Assembly (NCBI RefSeq): GCF_000015805.1
Contig: NC_009073.1
Coordinates: forward strand, 1,830,001 to 1,862,000
Source of the DNA: Pyrobaculum calidifontis JCM 11548
Lineage (GTDB): Archaea; Thermoproteota; Thermoprotei; Thermoproteales; Thermoproteaceae
Reading direction: 5' to 3'
Length of the DNA stretch: 32,000 nucleotides
Of this stretch, positions 7,831-17,631 are shown piece by piece. Under the pieces are notes generated by a model, which did no database searches, was not told the DNA's origin, and saw only the letters and a list, made by a program, of their open reading frames with translations. Position 1 is the stretch's first letter; the number at the start of each line of letters is the position of its first letter. A program made the translations under genes and the position numbers.

Positions 7831-8699
7831 ACCTCAGTGAGCTTGTTATTGCTTATCAGGGTGGGGCGGCGGATATCCATGTTGTATGTAAAATGTGGCT
7901 TTGTTATTATTACATTGGAGTGGACGAGTATTTCGCCTGGCGGCATCTCGTTGGTCACTAGGACAACTCTGAGGCCGTATTTCGCGCTCTCAAAAACGAG
8001 GTACCGCACCACGTCGCCCCGCTTCAACACGTTCTGCGCCTCGTCTACCACTAACAACAGCGTCGGCCTCTTTGCCACTCCCCTCGAGAAGAGGTAGTTG
8101 TAGAGCGACGCCATGATGAAGAGGGTCACGAGCACCTTCTCCTCATATAGCCTCAGCTTAGAGAGGTCCACCGCGACCGGCCTCTTGGCCTTAAACAGCA
8201 GGTCCACTGGCACAGCCCCCCTCTCGAAGACGTCTACAATGTACTCCAGCCTCCTGGCTATCGCCGCCTTCATCTCCACCTCCGACCTAGTGGAGACGAG
8301 AAAGTCGTCGAGCGCCGTTATTACGTCCCTCAAGCTCTTTACCTCGGCGCGGCGGATGGCGCGGTAGAGGAAGTACACGCTTGCCTCCGTGAGATTTAGA
8401 GAAAGGCCTATGAGCTCGCAGAGGAGCTTCTTGTCCAGGGCTGCTAAGTTGAACTTGAGCAGCCGGGAGTCCACTTTTCTCACGTCGTATTCCCCATGCC
8501 AATCTAGCACAACCGCCGGCAGGCGGGCCCGCCTAATTATCTTCTTGGCGAGAGTCGTCTTGCCGCTACGAGTCGGCCCAGTGATAACGACGTGTCTATC
8601 CAGGGGCAACATCACGGGCCCCATTTTCCCAAAGCCGATGAATACGCCCTCTCTTACAGTGGCCAGGGCAAGGAGGGCGAGTAGGCCCAGCTCCCACAC
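7818..8699 (-). CDS. Minimal HerA/FtsK-superfamily P-loop ATPase
   Basis: Walker A HVVITGPTRSGKTT, followed by the HerA-type VVLDWHGEY. Walker B LLLVVDEAQNV. C-terminal AKYGLRVVLVTNEMP. Only about 35 residues precede the P-loop, so there is no N-terminal barrel domain. Confidence 0.75.
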   Translation of the reverse strand: MWELGLLALLALATVREGVFIGFGKMGPVMLPLDRHVVITGPTRSGKTTLAKKIIRRARLPAVVLDWHGEYDVRKVDSRLLKFNLAALDKKLLCELIGLSLNLTEASVYFLYRAIRRAEVKSLRDVITALDDFLVSTRSEVEMKAAIARRLEYIVDVFERGAVPVDLLFKAKRPVAVDLSKLRLYEEKVLVTLFIMASLYNYLFSRGVAKRPTLLLVVDEAQNVLKRGDVVRYLVFESAKYGLRVVLVTNEMPPGEILVHSNVIITKPHFTYNMDIRRPTLISNNKLTEVWIV

Positions 8700-8718
8700 T
8701 TACACCAGCCTTTTTAAC

Positions 8719-9915
8719 CTACTGTAGGTAGCTGGGGAGGAGCCTCCTGTACTGGAGAAATCTGTCGTCGACGAGCGCTATGTGCTTCCTCTCCTCTGTC
8801 AACCCCCTGGCCACGCGCCCCGCGGCTTGTACAACGTTGTTCACCGCTGTGAACAATATGCCGTACTTATAACCGCCGAAGCCCAGCCTGTCCAATAGCC
8901 TCACCTTGAGCCAGAGCTCCCTAGATTTGACGTTGGGAAAGGGGAACCCCACCAACACGCCCGCCTTCACGGAGAGGTTTACTCCCTCAGAGAGAGGCGA
9001 GCCAAAGTATGTTACAACCACGTGGTCTATATCGCCTAGAGGCTTGTCGGAGACGGGCAGCCCGTCCATCTTCGCGGCGTAGTACGACGCAAGCTCCTTA
9101 TTGGGGAAAAACGCCACTACCCTCCGGTATTGCTCATAGGTCCTCTTAATCACGTCTACCACCTTTTCTACGTAGGTCGGCCTAAGCCGCGTCCTATAGC
9201 GAATCTCGAGGGGGATGTATTCCACCTCTAGGTTCTCCCGGCCCGGCAGTTCCTCCACCTGTATGTACTGTGAAGAGAGGAAGTATGTAAAAATGTCGGC
9301 GAAGTGCCTAACTACTGAGGCGCTTGCCGCCATCAGCCTAGGAGCTCTCCTCGCCAGCTCGCCCACGAGCGGGAGAGCTAGGCAGAGCAAAAGGCCGCCC
9401 TCCTCGGCGCAGTAGCGCCTAGAGTAAAACTCGTCGTCGCCCACGGGCACCACAGAGAGGAAGTTGTGAACCTCGTCGAGGGCTACGAAAGCCACCTCTT
9501 CGAACAGGTCTGCCACAGCCGACACGTTGCCCACCTTGGATAAATAGGCCAGGGGAAGCACGGCCACCCTCCTGCCCCTGGCCGAGGCGTGGAAAAACTC
9601 GTAGGGACAGACGCCGGCCTCATACACCGCCTCCACGTCGGGGACGTATTTGCTCAATGTCTTAGACGTGGCCTTACAGACGCCGCCCTCTCTCAGCGAG
9701 AGGCACTGAGCCGCGGTAGATGCCCCAAAGGGGCAGAGGGCCGCTCTGCCGAAGAGTAGACTGGCCTCTTCGCCGAACTCCCTTATGTAGCGCGCCATTT
9801 GGAACCCCTCCACGTGGCTTCTCACAAAGACTAGAGACGGCTTGTACGAGGCGGCGAGCTTTGCCAAGAGGCGCGATTTGCCAAAGCCAGGCGGAGCGTT
9901 TAAGACGACTCTCAC
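8719..9915 (-). CDS. Compact XPD/Rad3/DinG-like SF2 helicase with a four-cysteine (putative 4Fe-4S) insert
   Basis: Motif I NAPPGFGKS and motif II LDEVHNF. Cys61, Cys71, Cys80 and Cys103 (the last in CPY) lie between motifs Ia and II, as in the XPD FeS domain. C-terminal SEGVNL...GFPFPN...VVQAAGRVARG...VDDRF matches the helicase C_2 end. At 398 aa it is clearly shorter than canonical XPD. Confidence 0.8.
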   Translation of the reverse strand: MRVVLNAPPGFGKSRLLAKLAASYKPSLVFVRSHVEGFQMARYIREFGEEASLLFGRAALCPFGASTAAQCLSLREGGVCKATSKTLSKYVPDVEAVYEAGVCPYEFFHASARGRRVAVLPLAYLSKVGNVSAVADLFEEVAFVALDEVHNFLSVVPVGDDEFYSRRYCAEEGGLLLCLALPLVGELARRAPRLMAASASVVRHFADIFTYFLSSQYIQVEELPGRENLEVEYIPLEIRYRTRLRPTYVEKVVDVIKRTYEQYRRVVAFFPNKELASYYAAKMDGLPVSDKPLGDIDHVVVTYFGSPLSEGVNLSVKAGVLVGFPFPNVKSRELWLKVRLLDRLGFGGYKYGILFTAVNNVVQAAGRVARGLTEERKHIALVDDRFLQYRRLLPSYLQ

Positions 9916-10281
9916 TCACTTTTTTGCCTCATTAAACCTCCTAAGCAACTCCTGGAAGACGTCTCTGAGCGGGGAGTCGGCCACCTCTTCCAGTTCCATA
10001 CAATGTTCCACTACTCTTTTCAAAAACTCCTCCGCAAGGGCGGGGCTCCTTTCCCTAAGTGCGTTTAACTTTTCCAACACCTCGCCTCTCAGCACCTTGG
10101 CTATGGCCTCAATTGACGTGAAGTACTTCTCCAAATCCCTGATTTGATTTACCACGTCGTCGAAGGCGTTTAAAACCTCCGCCGGCAAGTCTTTGAGGTC
10201 CACCTCGGCGTAGGCCTTGTTTACACAGTAGCGGACGAATTTGTACCGCATGGTCTTTACCACGTCCACGCCCGACGTCAT
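9916..10281 (-). CDS. Hypothetical 121-aa helical protein, first gene after surE
   Basis: The ATG at 10281 directly abuts the surE stop (TAAATG). Its stop TGA directly abuts the helicase GTG (TGAGTG). No motif recognised. Confidence 0.55.
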   Translation of the reverse strand: MTSGVDVVKTMRYKFVRYCVNKAYAEVDLKDLPAEVLNAFDDVVNQIRDLEKYFTSIEAIAKVLRGEVLEKLNALRERSPALAEEFLKRVVEHCMELEEVADSPLRDVFQELLRRFNEAKK

Positions 10282-11034
10282 TTAACACTTTATGTACTTT
10301 ACGCCAAGGAGGGAGCCCAGCCTCTTGGCATACTCTGCAACCGGCGCCACTCCGTTTTCCCAAAGGCCGATCACCGTTATCCCCCTCTCCGTGTAGAAGT
10401 AGTAGGCGTCTGTCCCAGCGTCGAGTCTCTCCCGCCTAGGGCCCCATCGCCAGTAGAAGGCCTCGCCCCGGGGGTCAACCCCCTCGTAGAGCCGCTCCTG
10501 GTACACCACCCTCGCCAACCTCTCGGGGCAGAAGAGCCCTCCGCCCCACTCGGCGGGGATATTTATACTGACGGCGTAGGCGTCGCCCAAGCCGCCTCCC
10601 ACGGCGTCTACAGCGGCCGCGGCCACGCGCCGCATTAGCTGAACATCTCCGCCCTGCTCCATGGACACGGCTACGCCGGGCACCCCCAAGACGCCTGCTT
10701 GTATGGCGGCGCCAACTGTGCCGCTGCCGAAGGTCGCCTCGACGCCCACGTTTTCCCCCACGTTGACCCCGGAGACCACCACCTCGGCGTCGGGGGCTAT
10801 GAGCTTTAGGGCCAAAAACACGGCGTCGGCCGGATACCCGTTCACCACGTAGACGCCTCCGTCCACCTGCCTAACTCTCAGCGGCTTGTGGAACGTCCTA
10901 GCCAGCCCTGCGGCAGACCGAGGTCTCTCTGGAACCACCACTACGACTCTGTGGCCGGCCTTCTTCAACTCCTCTACCAGCGGCTTAAGCAGAGGCGTCT
11001 GTGGCCCATCGTCATTTGTAACTACAACTTTCAC
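10282..11034 (-). CDS. surE: 5'/3'-nucleotidase SurE
   Basis: VKVVVTNDDGPQTPLLKPLVEELKKAGHRVVVVVPERPRSAAG is the SurE N-terminal signature. I set the start at GTG 11034, not the ORF-track start at 11268, because GTG 11034 overlaps the upstream stop (GTGA) and gives a typical length of about 250 aa. Confidence 0.85.
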   Translation of the reverse strand: MKVVVTNDDGPQTPLLKPLVEELKKAGHRVVVVVPERPRSAAGLARTFHKPLRVRQVDGGVYVVNGYPADAVFLALKLIAPDAEVVVSGVNVGENVGVEATFGSGTVGAAIQAGVLGVPGVAVSMEQGGDVQLMRRVAAAAVDAVGGGLGDAYAVSINIPAEWGGGLFCPERLARVVYQERLYEGVDPRGEAFYWRWGPRRERLDAGTDAYYFYTERGITVIGLWENGVAPVAEYAKRLGSLLGVKYIKC

Positions 11035-11870
11035 ACAAGAGAAGACGCCGGTTTTATAAAGACTGAGGCCACGCCCAGAAACGCCACCGCGGCGCCGAAG
11101 GCCCTCCTCGCCAAAAAGGGCCGCTCGAGAAGCGCCGTGATCAACGGGTAGGCAGAGGCCACGACGCTGACGGCCACGTAGTCTCCGACGGACACGGCAA
11201 AGGTGTATAAGCCAAAGCCGAGGAACGTGTCCACAAACCCTCCCAAGGCGAGGCGCCAAGTCATACACATCCTCGACCTAAGGCTCAGCGCGGCGCCGCC
11301 AAGAAAAACTGTGGCCCCCCTAACTGCCAAGGCCCCGCCAGGCCCCAGCGACGCCACCGCGGCGGCGTAAAGCCCAATAGACCAAGTCCACGCCAAGGCG
11401 GCGGCTAGCCCAAACAAGGCCCCCCTCACGGAGCCCCGGTTGCCCCATACCGATATTGCAATGCCGGCGAACACAAGCCCGGCGGAGGCCAAGTAGATGT
11501 ACTTACCAGACACCACTGGCAGGAGGACTATGTATGCAGAGCTACTTAAGTTGCCTACCGAGGCCCCGCCCACCTTAACCGCCGTTACGTAGAACCATGA
11601 CCCCACAAGGCCCCCCAAGGCGCCAGCCGCCACGGCGTACAATACGCCAGCGCCGTCCAAGCCCCTCCACGGCAGAATTAGCCCCAACAGGACGGAGTAC
11701 AGCGCAAATATGGACAACGCCCTATACTGAGATGTGCAGTCTAAGGCCGCTCTGTAAATCAGTGGTGCAATGCCATAAGCAATAGCCGATAAAGACGCCG
11801 CAATAAGAGAAACATCCACAGGCGGGCAAACCCCGAGGTATTTTACACTTCCCGCCCCGCCGCGAAGCAA
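11031..11870 (-). CDS. Multi-pass membrane transporter, EamA/DMT-like
   Basis: About ten hydrophobic helices with a two-fold repeat architecture. The probable real start is GTG 11819, about 25 nt downstream of GTAAAATACC. The stop overlaps the surE start. Confidence 0.6.
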   Translation of the reverse strand: MLRGGAGSVKYLGVCPPVDVSLIAASLSAIAYGIAPLIYRAALDCTSQYRALSIFALYSVLLGLILPWRGLDGAGVLYAVAAGALGGLVGSWFYVTAVKVGGASVGNLSSSAYIVLLPVVSGKYIYLASAGLVFAGIAISVWGNRGSVRGALFGLAAALAWTWSIGLYAAAVASLGPGGALAVRGATVFLGGAALSLRSRMCMTWRLALGGFVDTFLGFGLYTFAVSVGDYVAVSVVASAYPLITALLERPFLARRAFGAAVAFLGVASVFIKPASSLV

Positions 11871-12067
11871 CAGAGGACTTCCCCGGCTATTCGTTGCTCA
11901 ACGTCGAACCACGCCCTTCTCGCTTCAGTGATGTATGGGGCTCAAATGCCGACTGACCGAGGCGTTTTCGGCGCCGCATAAGGCGTTGCCTCTATGCAAC
12001 GATCAATAGGTCTGCGCGTGGGAGGCCTCTGCAGTGACTGTTATATAGTCCACTGTTTTTTGTACCC

Positions 12068-14019
<1,952 letters not shown>

Positions 14020-14035
14020 TTAACCCATACGTCCC

Positions 14036-14050
14036 AGCTTTAAAAAGCTT
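14036..14050. promoter_or_regulatory. Single shared A/T (TATA-like) box between divergent pyrG and the 323-aa gene
   Basis: AGCTTTAAAAAGCTT is centred about 24 nt from GTG 14019 (minus strand) and about 22 nt from GTG 14065 (plus strand). The whole intergenic spacer is only 45 nt. Confidence 0.55.
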
Positions 14051-14064
14051 ACACTTTGTAAGAC

Positions 14065-15036
14065 GTGGCCGATGACTTGGCTCCACTGCTCCTCGAAGTC
14101 CCTCTCCCGCCCCAGGTGGCGGAGAAGCTGGGCGGAAACGACAAGGCCCCACTCGCGCTGTTTTTAAACCTCGGCTGGCTCCTCGGCGGGGACTCCAAAA
14201 GGGAGCTAGTCCACGAGGCTGTGGAAGACGGAGAGGCGGCCGTCAGAGCGCTCCACTGGATGGCCCTAGCCGCCTATGCACAGAAGGACCCGTCGCTCCT
14301 CAAAATGACCGCATACCCAGCCCCCGGGGGCAGAGTGGTAGTGAAAGTACAGCCCGTGGGAGAAACCGCCGAGGCGATAAGAGAGGTCTACTGCAAATTT
14401 GGAATTGAGCTAGGCAACGAGGATAAGGTAGTAGAGAAGATATGCGATGTGCTTAAAGCCCTGCGGGAGGCCGCCTTCGCCCTAGAGGAGGGGCGGTACG
14501 TAGTCGCAGACGTGGGAAGCCACATAGCCTTCTCCGCAGCGGTGAAGACGTTGATACTTTCAAGCGGCTATGTCTCCCCATTCCTAATAGCCATAAATGC
14601 GGGAAGCGCAGAGCGGGCAAAGAAAATCGCGGAAGCGCTAGACGCCGTAGTCGACGGAAAGTTCGTAATCTTGAGGGACTGGATGATAAGACTGTTACTG
14701 CCTGTAGCCCCCTCTCCTGTGTACAAAAAGGACGTAGTCCTCTACGTGGCCATAATTGAATACGCGGCCGCCGCAAAGGTAGAGGCACAGAAAGGCGCCT
14801 ACTTATTAGAGCGCCGAGACGGCCTATTTGTTGCAAAGGGTAAAGAGGCGGAGGCACTTTACCAAGAGCTAAGGCGGTATGACATTCCAGTTAAGCCTCG
14901 GCGGAGGGGCGGAGAAGTGGAACTGGCACTGACAGGGTGGCAGTTGGAGTATCTCAAAAACCGCGGATTACCAGTAACACTACTAAACGAGCTTGAATAT
15001 GACAAAGAGCAAAAACGCCGACAACAGACCGTTTAA
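14065..15036 (+). CDS. Hypothetical 323-aa protein
   Basis: Long ORF with leaderless promoter geometry. No motif recognised. Confidence 0.65.
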   Translation: MADDLAPLLLEVPLPPQVAEKLGGNDKAPLALFLNLGWLLGGDSKRELVHEAVEDGEAAVRALHWMALAAYAQKDPSLLKMTAYPAPGGRVVVKVQPVGETAEAIREVYCKFGIELGNEDKVVEKICDVLKALREAAFALEEGRYVVADVGSHIAFSAAVKTLILSSGYVSPFLIAINAGSAERAKKIAEALDAVVDGKFVILRDWMIRLLLPVAPSPVYKKDVVLYVAIIEYAAAAKVEAQKGAYLLERRDGLFVAKGKEAEALYQELRRYDIPVKPRRRGGEVELALTGWQLEYLKNRGLPVTLLNELEYDKEQKRRQQTV

Positions 15037-15102
15037 CCTATAGCACTCCCTCGCGTAGACAGAGGAAAAGCGCCTAGCCGCTGGAAGGCGTGAAAGACGT
15101 GT

Positions 15103-15155
15103 GCTCAGATCTTAAAGGATTCTTCACAGATCTGCGAGGTGAAGCTACATCACGC
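15103..15155 (-). ncRNA. Candidate C/D box sRNA (2'-O-methylation guide)
   Basis: The minus strand reads GC-GTGATGT-(12 nt AGCTTCACCTCG)-CAGA-TCT-GTGAAGA-(12 nt ATCCTTTAAGAT)-CTGA-GC. This is C, D', C' and D boxes with exact 12-nt guide spacing, a 3-nt D'-C' spacer and a 2-bp terminal stem, 53 nt in total. It lies 18 nt downstream of the phosphoribosyltransferase stop on the same strand. The C box (GTGATGT) and C' box (GTGAAGA) each differ from RUGAUGA at one position, and D' is CAGA. Confidence 0.45.
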
Positions 15156-15173
15156 GCGTAGACGCGTTTGTGT

Positions 15174-15734
15174 TTAAAACGTTTCTCCTGGGCAGATCTT
15201 CTCCACGTATCTAGAGATGTCGAATCCCCTCTTCTTGAACTCTCGCATGTCCTCGTGCCGGGACCACGGGTAGGAGATCCAGACCCACTCTTCTACCTTC
15301 TCCGCGTAGTAGTCCGGCGTGTATTGGCTGGTGGCCTTTAGGTGTATGACCGCGGTTTTCACCTCCGCGGCGCCCAGCAGGCCGAGGAGGTTTTTTACGA
15401 GGGCAAGAGTGTGCCCCGTGTCTGCCACCTCGTCTACCACCAGCGCCTTTCTCCCCCTTATGACCCCCGGCTCTACGCCGTGGTACACCACCGGCCTCTC
15501 AGCCCTCCTCTGGGCGAGGGCCCAGTACTTCACGCCAACTGCCACAATGTCGTCGACCTCGAGCACGTCGCTGATTATTCTAGCCGGCACTAGGCCGCCT
15601 CTTGAGACGGCGACTATCACCTCGGGCCTATAGCCCGAGTCTCGTATTTTGCCTGCCAGGGCCTCGCTCAGCAGAATCCCCTCAGCCCACGAAATAAAGC
15701 GCACTTTTACCCCGCCGACCTCTACCACGGCCAT
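15174..15734 (-). CDS. Type I purine phosphoribosyltransferase
   Basis: PRPP-binding motif KALVVDEVADTGHTL. About 186 aa, typical of archaeal hypoxanthine/guanine/xanthine PRTases. The box GATTTATACA lies about 25 nt upstream of ATG 15734. Confidence 0.8.
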   Translation of the reverse strand: MAVVEVGGVKVRFISWAEGILLSEALAGKIRDSGYRPEVIVAVSRGGLVPARIISDVLEVDDIVAVGVKYWALAQRRAERPVVYHGVEPGVIRGRKALVVDEVADTGHTLALVKNLLGLLGAAEVKTAVIHLKATSQYTPDYYAEKVEEWVWISYPWSRHEDMREFKKRGFDISRYVEKICPGETF

Positions 15735-15964
15735 GCGGCACTGCGGCCAATTGTATAAATCTTTGACGGTCAGCGCCCGCCACTGCTGGGCAGGCTCTCG
15801 CCACCAATGCCGCGTGGGTTCAACTCTTCATCCACACTCGTAAAGCCACAGACTTATAAGTCTCACGCCACGTCACAGCCCACAACACCGCTGTTTGGCC
15901 ACAGGAGGCGCTTATTGCAAAGCGGTAGCCAGTAAACAAGCGCTGAAGAAAGGGAACCTCAGTT

Positions 15965-16489
15965 TTGTCCAAAGGTGAAATGTGGATAGAGATATTAAGA
16001 CCCGGCGTTGTGGACGATATGGAGTTCCGGGTGGTGTTTGCCCCGTGGCGGTATAAGTACATAAAGGCGATTGGGAAAGGCGGGTGTTTTCTATGCGAGG
16101 CGGCTAATCAACAAGGCCGCGACGACGAGTTGCTCGTGCCTCTCAGGGGTCGGCACGTCTTCCTGATCCTCAACAAGTACCCGTATACGTGGGGCCACGT
16201 CATGGTGGCCACGTACCGACACATAGCCACTGTGGAGGAGATGACAGTGGAGGAGTGGGCGGAGATGATCCAAATGGCTAAGAGGGCTGTCGAGGCGTTG
16301 AAAAAGGTCGTCGGGGCGCAGGCCTTCATAATCGGCCTCAACATAGGCAGAGCAGCGGGGGCCGGGCTAGAGAGCCACATCCACCTCCACATAATCCCAA
16401 AGGACACCGAGGTGAAAGCCGACGACTTAGACGCGGCGTTGGCCGAGTTGACCAAGAAGCTGAGGGAGGCGCTTGTACACACGGCGTAG
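15965..16489 (+). CDS. HIT-family nucleotide hydrolase/transferase (Ap4A-phosphorylase-like branch)
   Basis: Histidine triad SHIHLHIIP. N-terminal FAPWRYKYI and CFLC. The likely start is ATG 15980, not TTG 15965. Confidence 0.85.
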   Translation: MSKGEMWIEILRPGVVDDMEFRVVFAPWRYKYIKAIGKGGCFLCEAANQQGRDDELLVPLRGRHVFLILNKYPYTWGHVMVATYRHIATVEEMTVEEWAEMIQMAKRAVEALKKVVGAQAFIIGLNIGRAAGAGLESHIHLHIIPKDTEVKADDLDAALAELTKKLREALVHTA

Positions 16490-16587
16490 GCCGCCTCCGT
16501 GTGGAAATTTATAACTGGGCCATGATACGACGGCGATGGTTCAAAATTTATCGCAGTTTCCCATAGGCGCGGACCTGGGGGGAGGAT

Positions 16588-17631
16588 ATGATTAGGCGCA
16601 TCTGTCTCAAGAAGTTTAAAGCCGTGGAGGAGGGATGCGTAGAGCTTGGAGGCCTCACCATCCTCTACGGCCCGCCCAACTCGGGCAAGACCTCTTTCAT
16701 GGAGGCGCTGGCGCTCCTCATGCAGAGCCGGGGGGAGCAGTGGCTCGCGCTTGAGGGCCCGCTCCTTATTGTCCACGAGCCCGAGGACCTGCACTACGGC
16801 GGCGACTTGTCCATCCCCTTCGTGGTGGAGTTTGAGGCAGAGGTGGAGGGCGGGGCGTACGGCTACGGCTATAAGTACGCCACGGCGTCTAACTACGTCG
16901 AGCAGTGGGTGTCAAAAGGCGGCGAGGTGTTGGCCCACGCGGCTAAGAGGGGGGAACGCGGCGTCTTGCTAAAGCCCGTCGAAGCGGAGCTCTGCACTGC
17001 CCCCTACGCAGTGTTGAACGAGGACGTCCTCATCACCTGCGGCGCAGTGGAAGACGAGAAGCTTAGAGAGGCGGAGAGGGCCCTCCTGGCGCTGAGGATT
17101 GGACTAAGGGACAAGTTCTACTTTGTAAGCGGGAGGCGGCTCGCCGCGTGGAAGTACACATATGAGACGCACGTGGACCTGATGCCTGCCACAAGCGTGG
17201 GGCCCGAGGGGCAGTTCACGCCGCATCACCTCTCGAGGATTCTCACCCAGTCGCAGTTTGAGAGACTGCGCGAGGAGCTCTACCAGTACCTCCCCCTGGC
17301 CGACGTAGAGGACGTAAGAGTGGGGCTTGTGAAAAGCGGCAGAATAGCCATGTACATAAAGCGCAGGGGCATGTGGACAAACTCCTACAACGCCGGCACG
17401 TACACTAAGGCAATTCTCCCCGTCTTGTTACAGCTCCTCTTGGCCAACCAAGGCGCCGCCGTCTTCATAGACGACATAGACCTCGGCTCTCCCTCCAACC
17501 GCGCAGAGGAGATCCTAGGCGCAGTGGCCGACTTGGCAAAGCGCAGGGGGCTACAAGTGGTGGCGTCGGCCAGGGAGCCCTCCTTCGCCGCCGCGGCGGA
17601 GAGACTAGGCTTCCACGTGGCGCGGCTGTGA
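16588..17631 (+). CDS. ABC/SMC-type (AAA_21-like) ATPase
   Basis: N-terminal KKFKAV....LTILYGPPNSGKTSFMEAL (Walker A in the SMC_N/AAA_21 context). C-terminal GAAVFIDDIDLGSPSN....LQVVASAREP (Walker B/D-loop-like). GGAGG lies 4 nt upstream of the ATG. The box AAAATTTAT is at about 16543-16551. Confidence 0.7.
   Translation: MIRRICLKKFKAVEEGCVELGGLTILYGPPNSGKTSFMEALALLMQSRGEQWLALEGPLLIVHEPEDLHYGGDLSIPFVVEFEAEVEGGAYGYGYKYATASNYVEQWVSKGGEVLAHAAKRGERGVLLKPVEAELCTAPYAVLNEDVLITCGAVEDEKLREAERALLALRIGLRDKFYFVSGRRLAAWKYTYETHVDLMPATSVGPEGQFTPHHLSRILTQSQFERLREELYQYLPLADVEDVRVGLVKSGRIAMYIKRRGMWTNSYNAGTYTKAILPVLLQLLLANQGAAVFIDDIDLGSPSNRAEEILGAVADLAKRRGLQVVASAREPSFAAAAERLGFHVARL

Noticed and set aside
8113-8119. 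A perfect C-box heptamer, ATGATGA, on the plus strand.
   Set aside because: It lies antisense inside the HerA-like ATPase gene. No CTGA lies at a compatible distance downstream.
11928-11956. GTGATGT followed downstream by CTGA in the long spacer, suggesting C/D boxes.
   Set aside because: The spacing is 18 nt, not about 12 nt. There are no C' or D' boxes and no second guide.
15816-15826. GGGTTCAACTC, which resembles a tRNA T-loop.
   Set aside because: There is no complementary T-stem, acceptor stem or anticodon arm around it. I saw no GGTTCRAATCC-type T-arm with a proper stem anywhere in the window on either strand.
15940-15956. GAAGAAAGGGAACC, which loosely resembles RNase P RNA CR-I (GAGGAAAGUCC), with ACAGACUUAUAAG upstream loosely resembling CR-V.
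   Set aside because: The matches are imperfect. The two elements are in the wrong 5'-3' order for either strand, and no P4-type pairing could be drawn.
15820-16062. An 80-aa minus-strand ORF spanning the long spacer and the HIT gene 5' end.
   Set aside because: It overlaps the well-supported HIT N-terminus in antisense. It has no promoter box at the right distance, and its composition is implausible.
16522-16566. A 14-codon mini-ORF (MIRRRWFKIYRSFP) upstream of the ATPase gene. Its first four residues, MIRR, match the ATPase N-terminus, and it lies between two AAATTTAT boxes (16505-16512 and 16544-16551).
   Set aside because: The first box is only about 13 nt from the mini-ORF ATG, which is too close for leaderless initiation. 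The second box plus the GGAGG leader explains the ATPase promoter. A four-residue match is not significant.
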